A DNA stretch of 36,362 nt, taken from assembly GCA_018985235.1 (NCBI GenBank), contig JADGIG010000034.1, positions 1 through 36,362 on the forward strand. Reading direction: 5' to 3'. Below, one piece after another: positions 31,337-36,362 of this stretch (its first letter is position 1; every line of letters starts with the position of its first letter). The translations under genes and the position numbers were made by a program. The notes under the pieces are model-generated. The model was given only the letters and a program-made list of their open reading frames with translations, was not told where the DNA came from and did not search any database. This DNA comes from Sanchytrium tribonematis (taxonomy: Eukaryota).

Positions 31337-32545
31337 ATGTTTCCGAGAATATTCGTGGAAAACTCACATGGGCTACCTTATAAGGAGTTAAAATCAAATA
31401 GGAAAGTGAGTGATTCTATTGGAAATAATTATTCTCCTTTTGCAAAAGACCTTAATTTGGAAATTTTAGCCTTAAATAACACCGCAAGTATATCAAAGAA
31501 AATATTGGTAGATATGGGTGAATTACTCAAAGAAAAAAAGTCCAAACTCGTCACATCAAGACCACAATCTCCACTTTCGCGAAAAAGAGCGATTCATATT
31601 AGCAAGGCAATAGACGACAGATTTATATACTACGTCGAGAATCTTTTTGACGAAGATTGTATTTGCAATTTCGAAACTTTTCAACAATTAAATATCCCTC
31701 CTGAAAGATATGATGATTTCAGCTCATCTCAGAAATGGGCTATTTTGAATTATTTATTATTGGAATTCAAAGAGTGCGAAAGGCTCGTAATGACCTCTTA
31801 TCCTCCTTCGTTTCCACAATCATTCAAGACTCATGCACCTTGGAGTTCAAAACTTATTCGAGAACAATTTAAACTACCTTTTTTCTATAATACAGAATTG
31901 TTTAGGAATTATTTCGACATTACAACCCGTGAATTACAACCTTTTGAAGAGAAAAATTTCTCTTTGTATATTGAAAAATATATAAATTTGCTATCTTCAG
32001 AGAAATTTTTATTAGAGACTACATTCAAAAAAATTTCTGATTTACGTTTGCAAAAATTAATCAAGTTTTCTGCTTTGAATCAGTTCCTATTGAGTTTGAG
32101 TCAATCAATTCAAATTAAAAACCACTTTGAGATTGAGGTGGTAAACCTTGAAAGTGACTTGCAATTAAGTCATGACAGCACTAACTTGCGGAAAGATGTA
32201 GAAGCTTTTCTGAATGCTTTAAACAACTTTTTGGAAGACATGAATATGGAGGCCGTCCCTGAACTTGAACATCATTTAAAAATAATTAATTTGATTTTGG
32301 ATGGCATGGAGTTGGAATTTAAAGACCTAAAGCAGCAAATTATTGAGAATTTGAGAAATGTGACAAATTTGGTTGAGAGTTGTACTTCCTTCAAGGAAAC
32401 TGAAAATCTTTTGAATTATGGAGAACGGCAATTAGATTGTAAAAAAAAGCTTAGACAGATTTATCCTCAAAGTATCAAATCACAGAATTTTGTAATTTAT
32501 TTTCACAAGTATGTTGCATCCCAAATATCACGAGTAGAGAAATAA
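31337..32545 (+). CDS. 402-aa protein resembling only the N-terminal tail of an inner-arm axonemal dynein heavy chain (DNAH3/7/12 type); no motor domain
   Basis: RFIYYVEN and DDFSSSQKWAILNYLLLEFKECERLVMTSYPPSFPQSFKTHAPW resemble the RYxYY and DY..S..K.I.DYIL.D..E..RL.I...P..FP......VPW motifs. No P-loop. Confidence 0.6.
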   Translation: MFPRIFVENSHGLPYKELKSNRKVSDSIGNNYSPFAKDLNLEILALNNTASISKKILVDMGELLKEKKSKLVTSRPQSPLSRKRAIHISKAIDDRFIYYVENLFDEDCICNFETFQQLNIPPERYDDFSSSQKWAILNYLLLEFKECERLVMTSYPPSFPQSFKTHAPWSSKLIREQFKLPFFYNTELFRNYFDITTRELQPFEEKNFSLYIEKYINLLSSEKFLLETTFKKISDLRLQKLIKFSALNQFLLSLSQSIQIKNHFEIEVVNLESDLQLSHDSTNLRKDVEAFLNALNNFLEDMNMEAVPELEHHLKIINLILDGMELEFKDLKQQIIENLRNVTNLVESCTSFKETENLLNYGERQLDCKKKLRQIYPQSIKSQNFVIYFHKYVASQISRVEK

Positions 32546-32548
32546 ATA

Positions 32549-33904
32549 TTAATCGTAGTATTCTGATTCGCGAACGTCTGTAAACATACTGTTTTCAGTG
32601 TACATTGTATTTTGTTGTTCGTATTTAGACTCATATTCTGGTTCGTACTCGGGCTCAAAATCAGGATCTTCAGTATACTCAGAATAATTAGTTTTGGTCC
32701 TGTCTTCTGTAAATTCTGTATAGTTAGTCTTGGTACGATCCTCTGTCAGATCCGATAAATCTGAATTGTTGTCGTCAGAAAATTCAGTGTAATTTGTTTT
32801 GCCTCTACTGGTCAATTCCGAATAATCAGTGAAGAATGTATCAACCTTCGAGTAGTCATTTTCAGAAGGTATATCACTTGCATTTGAATATGCTGTGAAG
32901 CCATCACTATTTTTTGAAAAATCAGTGTAAATAGTGTTGCTTGCGAACTCGGAATACTTATCATCATCGCTTTCTTTAGAGTAGGATGTCCTACCTACAG
33001 AATAAGTCGTATACTTGTCTGAATTAGAGTCTGTTGATACTCTTTTGCCACTAATGTCTTCAAATTCTTGCACATTATCTGTTTCACTCCATTTTGTTTC
33101 TCTTGGATCTTCAGCATATCCAGCTGTAGAGATATCTGTATATGTTGTTTCTCTAATGCTATCGAGCTGGTTCTCAGACGATCCACTGCTCTCGTCTATT
33201 TTATAAGTTCCACTAGAAATTTGCTTTCCAGTTTTAAATCGTGAACGGAATTTAAAACATAATCCAACGATTAGGAAAAAAACCAAGGCACCAACTATGG
33301 ATCCAATAATGACATAAGGCAATGTGTTTGGAGTCGGTGGAGGACTAGATATATCTACCATTCCGTCAGTCTGTAAAAACTCAGCAGGAATGTCAGTGGT
33401 AACACTGGTTAGGTCAGTTGTCGCGGAGTTATCTGCAGATTGATATACAGCTTGTTGATTTGATGATACGTCGGGCAAAAATCGTAGTAAAAATCCATTT
33501 ACAACATCGGGAACAATTTCCTGTAATAATAACGTCATATTCGTTCCTTCTTGAATATTACCATTCACACCAATAAATCTAAACAAAGTTGAATACTGAT
33601 TGTTGGTTTTGCCTAGAGCATCTTTCGGGAGACGCGCATCAAACCACAAATTTGGACTTAAATAAATGCTAAATGGTTTCCATATTTTTAGAATTTTCGT
33701 TTGTGAAGCAAAATTTAAACTCAGTGCTATTGCATTAACTGTATTTGCTTTTGAAAGAAAATCTTCTGGCACAGATGCCGTGAATTCTGCACCAAATTGT
33801 CTAGCCTTGTAGTCGATATATTTCACTTGATAAGAAATAGAGGAGCCTGGTATCTTGGGGGGTGATTGAGCCATTACTAGAAGACCCGGCCAAAGAACCA
33901 TCAT
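32549..33904 (-). CDS. Type I membrane protein with folded ectodomain and long acidic Tyr/Ser/Thr-rich cytoplasmic tail
   Basis: Signal peptide, TM YVIIGSIVGALVFFLIVGLCF followed by KFRSRFK, repetitive tail. Confidence 0.8.
   Translation of the reverse strand: MMVLWPGLLVMAQSPPKIPGSSISYQVKYIDYKARQFGAEFTASVPEDFLSKANTVNAIALSLNFASQTKILKIWKPFSIYLSPNLWFDARLPKDALGKTNNQYSTLFRFIGVNGNIQEGTNMTLLLQEIVPDVVNGFLLRFLPDVSSNQQAVYQSADNSATTDLTSVTTDIPAEFLQTDGMVDISSPPPTPNTLPYVIIGSIVGALVFFLIVGLCFKFRSRFKTGKQISSGTYKIDESSGSSENQLDSIRETTYTDISTAGYAEDPRETKWSETDNVQEFEDISGKRVSTDSNSDKYTTYSVGRTSYSKESDDDKYSEFASNTIYTDFSKNSDGFTAYSNASDIPSENDYSKVDTFFTDYSELTSRGKTNYTEFSDDNNSDLSDLTEDRTKTNYTEFTEDRTKTNYSEYTEDPDFEPEYEPEYESKYEQQNTMYTENSMFTDVRESEYYD
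32675..32746 (-). repeat. Two 36-nt coding tandem repeats (TEDRTKTNYTEF / TEDRTKTNYSEY)
   Basis: Units 32711-32746 and 32675-32710 differ mostly at synonymous positions. Confidence 0.8.
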
Positions 33905-34184
33905 AGCAAAATGCCGGAAATCAATTAAGTATTGTAATTAATTTAACTTGCAGCCAATCAGTTAGAAAAAAAGTAATACGCAGGGATTTTGAAAATTGGC
34001 ATTTGCTGTGGTACGTAATTTTTCATATGTTCTTTCAGATGAATAAAATCTCTATACAATTATGGAAAATACAATTGGACTTGAAACGAGCCAGCCAGCA
34101 TTGCATACAGGTGGAATCATTTGATTCGAGGAGTCTGATTGGTACACATTTATATATTAATCGATCAGTTTCCGTTTGCCAATT

Positions 34185-35084
34185 ATGAGTCAAAATTATC
34201 CGTACCAGGCTCCACAACAGAGATTTTCTTTCGTTGACACTCACCAGACATCAGCTTTCGATCGTCCACTTTCACATCAGGATCCGTATCAATCGCCATC
34301 TGAAGGAAAATATAAAAATCAAGAATATTACGAACAACAAAATTTGAATGACAGTTATGCGGAGGAAGAAAACTCAATTTATGACACGTCTGATTATGGC
34401 AGATCCACTCTCAACAAAAATGAATCAACAGCTAATTTTGGTAATACAAAGAAACGTGGTTGTGTTTCTAGACCAATTTGTTATTTTCTATCATGCTGTT
34501 GTTTTTTGATAGTCGTCGGAATTATTCTTTTAGCAGTTGTGTTGCTGACATTCAAAGTACCATCATTGGATGTCGGATCTATAACACAAGGTGATCCTCT
34601 TTATGAAGTCACAAAATCTGGAAGTAGCGTCTCAAAAAGGAGCTTCTTAGATATATTTGGAGGCTCTTCAAAGGTTTCCGCCAGTGATATTCCAGAAAAC
34701 ACTGACATTAAAGTTAATTTAATTGCCAACTTGGTCATTGACAATCAAAATTGGTATAAGTTGGCGATTGGAAATCAAGTGGTACAAATGTTTGTTAAGT
34801 CGGACATGAGCAATTCAATTGGTAGTGGTGTTTTGCAAAGCGACATTCCTGCTAACCAAAAATCAAATAATCAGATAAATATGCAAGTTGAGTATAAAAA
34901 GCAGGGTACTCCACCGGCGGGGATTCAATATTTATTTGACAAATGTGATGGAACAAATCAGAATATAGACTTGGTATTTCGAGCTAAAGTGATAGTCAAA
35001 ACGGTCGACATTCCAAAGACACTCCCTTGTCCAGTCAATTTGCAGGACCCTCAATTAAAACAAAAGATTCAGGATGCACAATAA
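34185..35084 (+). CDS. Type II membrane protein with LEA_2-like beta-sandwich ectodomain
   Basis: Disordered N-terminus, KKRGC...CCC, single TM, FKVPSL, IDNQNWYKL (N.N motif). First ATG is 34185. Confidence 0.72.
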   Translation: MSQNYPYQAPQQRFSFVDTHQTSAFDRPLSHQDPYQSPSEGKYKNQEYYEQQNLNDSYAEEENSIYDTSDYGRSTLNKNESTANFGNTKKRGCVSRPICYFLSCCCFLIVVGIILLAVVLLTFKVPSLDVGSITQGDPLYEVTKSGSSVSKRSFLDIFGGSSKVSASDIPENTDIKVNLIANLVIDNQNWYKLAIGNQVVQMFVKSDMSNSIGSGVLQSDIPANQKSNNQINMQVEYKKQGTPPAGIQYLFDKCDGTNQNIDLVFRAKVIVKTVDIPKTLPCPVNLQDPQLKQKIQDAQ

Positions 35085-35085
35085 A

Positions 35086-35469
35086 TTATTTTTTATTGAT
35101 GGCTAATCTCTTTTGCTTCTTCAAGCTACGAACCTTAAATCGATCAAAATCAGTTAAATTTTCTCTCTTCTCGCGTTTGACATGTCTTTTGTAAAGTGCA
35201 GTCTCCTTGATTTTTTCATTAAATTTTGCAGCTTCTAATTTTTTCTTAAGAATTCCGGATCTAAGTGCTCTTGGAATATCCAAAACGATAGGTGTTAATT
35301 CCAAATGTGTAAATTTAACTTTTTTTGGATAGTATTCAATTCCTCCGATTAAACCAAAGTTTTGGTCAATGATATCACTTATGACTCCGAATTTTTTCTC
35401 AAAAGATAGATACACGACTCTACCTACTTGAATGTAGTGACGACTAGGTGTAGTAACTTCACAAGGCAT
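35086..35469 (-). CDS. RPL14: 60S ribosomal protein eL14
   Basis: YIQVGRVVY, ISDIIDQN, LELTPI...IPR, KRENLTDFDRFK. Confidence 0.95.
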   Translation of the reverse strand: MPCEVTTPSRHYIQVGRVVYLSFEKKFGVISDIIDQNFGLIGGIEYYPKKVKFTHLELTPIVLDIPRALRSGILKKKLEAAKFNEKIKETALYKRHVKREKRENLTDFDRFKVRSLKKQKRLAINKK

Positions 35470-35536
35470 TAATATTTTTGACGAAGGAGATGAAATTGAA
35501 AAAACACGTGAATTTATTGTGAGACATTTTGCCGAA

Positions 35537-36362
35537 TTAAAATGGGGGTACCTGATAGAAAAAAAGCCCGTTTTCAGAAAACAGAGCTAATGTTTTATCG
35601 TAGAGAGCCATTTCTAAAAATGAGCCTTCAACCCTGCGAATCAGTTTAAATTGGATAAATTCTTCGACGCCTTGTTTTGTAAGTAGCAAACATCCATTAA
35701 ATGACGGAGCAATATTTATGACATTTATAGCCACACAATGCATTATTGTCATCTCATTGGAAACAACGAAAAATTCAAACCTGGAGCTTGCGTAGATCTT
35801 ATTTTTATGAGTCCTGATATGGGTAATTGCGAAATTTGTCAATGTCACGCTGTTTTCAAAGACGCACATATCGTTCGAAACTCTGTATTGCTTTATAATA
35901 CCATTATATGTTCCAATTAATATAAAGTCATTTCCCAGCGATGCGAACGAACTGATATTTTCATTTAGAACAAACTTCTCACCCATTAGAATCCCTTCGG
36001 ATAGCGCTACCAAGTTTTTGGAATAAGAAATATCCAGAATTTTAGAGCTGTGGATTTCCTTTTTGTTATATGATTTAAAATCAATGGTATTACCTAAATA
36101 CGTGCCAAATTGACTTTCCATTATAGCACTAATTTTTTCGTGTAATTGTTTGGTATTCATATTGCCGCCTTCATCAATGAGGTACAAAAATGATGATTTT
36201 TGATTGTTAATAACAACTAAACAATTCTGATCATTGATACTTAAGAGAACTTCCTCGTATTTCTTCGCCTGTATTTGATTAATAGCTTTCATTAGATAAT
36301 AAGCATTAGAGTCTGCATATTTGTAAATACCTGAAAACATTCTATTTTCAATTATTGCTTCT
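35537..36362 (-). CDS. Degenerate WD40/beta-propeller-like protein, possibly 5'-partial
   Basis: IHSSKILDISYS and ILIGTYNGIIKQY. The frame stays open upstream of Met 36340 to the window edge. Confidence 0.6.
   Translation of the reverse strand, partial: EAIIENRMFSGIYKYADSNAYYLMKAINQIQAKKYEEVLLSINDQNCLVVINNQKSSFLYLIDEGGNMNTKQLHEKISAIMESQFGTYLGNTIDFKSYNKKEIHSSKILDISYSKNLVALSEGILMGEKFVLNENISSFASLGNDFILIGTYNGIIKQYRVSNDMCVFENSVTLTNFAITHIRTHKNKIYASSRFEFFVVSNEMTIMHCVAINVINIAPSFNGCLLLTKQGVEEFIQFKLIRRVEGSFLEMALYDKTLALFSENGLFFYQVPPF

Noticed and set aside
1..36362. CRISPR arrays, transposons, prophage or prokaryotic operons
   Set aside because: No repeat-spacer arrays, transposase/RT/integrase ORFs or terminal repeats seen; all recognisable genes are eukaryotic.

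Overview
Eukaryotic, AT-rich and extremely gene-dense DNA: about 35 genes in 36 kb, convergent genes separated by as little as 1 nt, and one overlap. Gene content includes STE12 with C2H2 fingers, an MBP1/SWI4-type APSES-ankyrin factor, a base-exchange PS synthase and an axonemal dynein-like fragment. This points to an early-diverging, genome-reduced, zoosporic-derived fungus or close relative (sanchytrid-like is my inference, not proven). Recognisable genes: STE12, DGAT2, EDEM/MNL1, RPS25, RLP24, POP1, MBP1-like, RPS3, ZIP4/SPO22, PTDSS, ATP7, SEC13, RPL14 and tRNA-Arg(CCG). The main signal the ORF track does not explain is five ultra-short GT-AG introns (19, 19, 19, 19 and 20 nt). All end in YTNATKWAG with an invariant A at -6, and each joins two exons into a complete protein. 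Other notable items: a 2x6TM adenylyl-cyclase membrane-anchor protein with no catalytic domains; a motor-less relic of an inner-arm dynein heavy chain; a trio of small GPCR-like paralogues; an LRR plus class-C-like 7TM receptor; stop codons embedded in AATAAA; CCAATCA boxes about 55 nt upstream of ATGs; a shared ribosomal-protein promoter motif; and MCB boxes in front of the MBF gene itself. Family assignments come from remembered motifs, not database searches.
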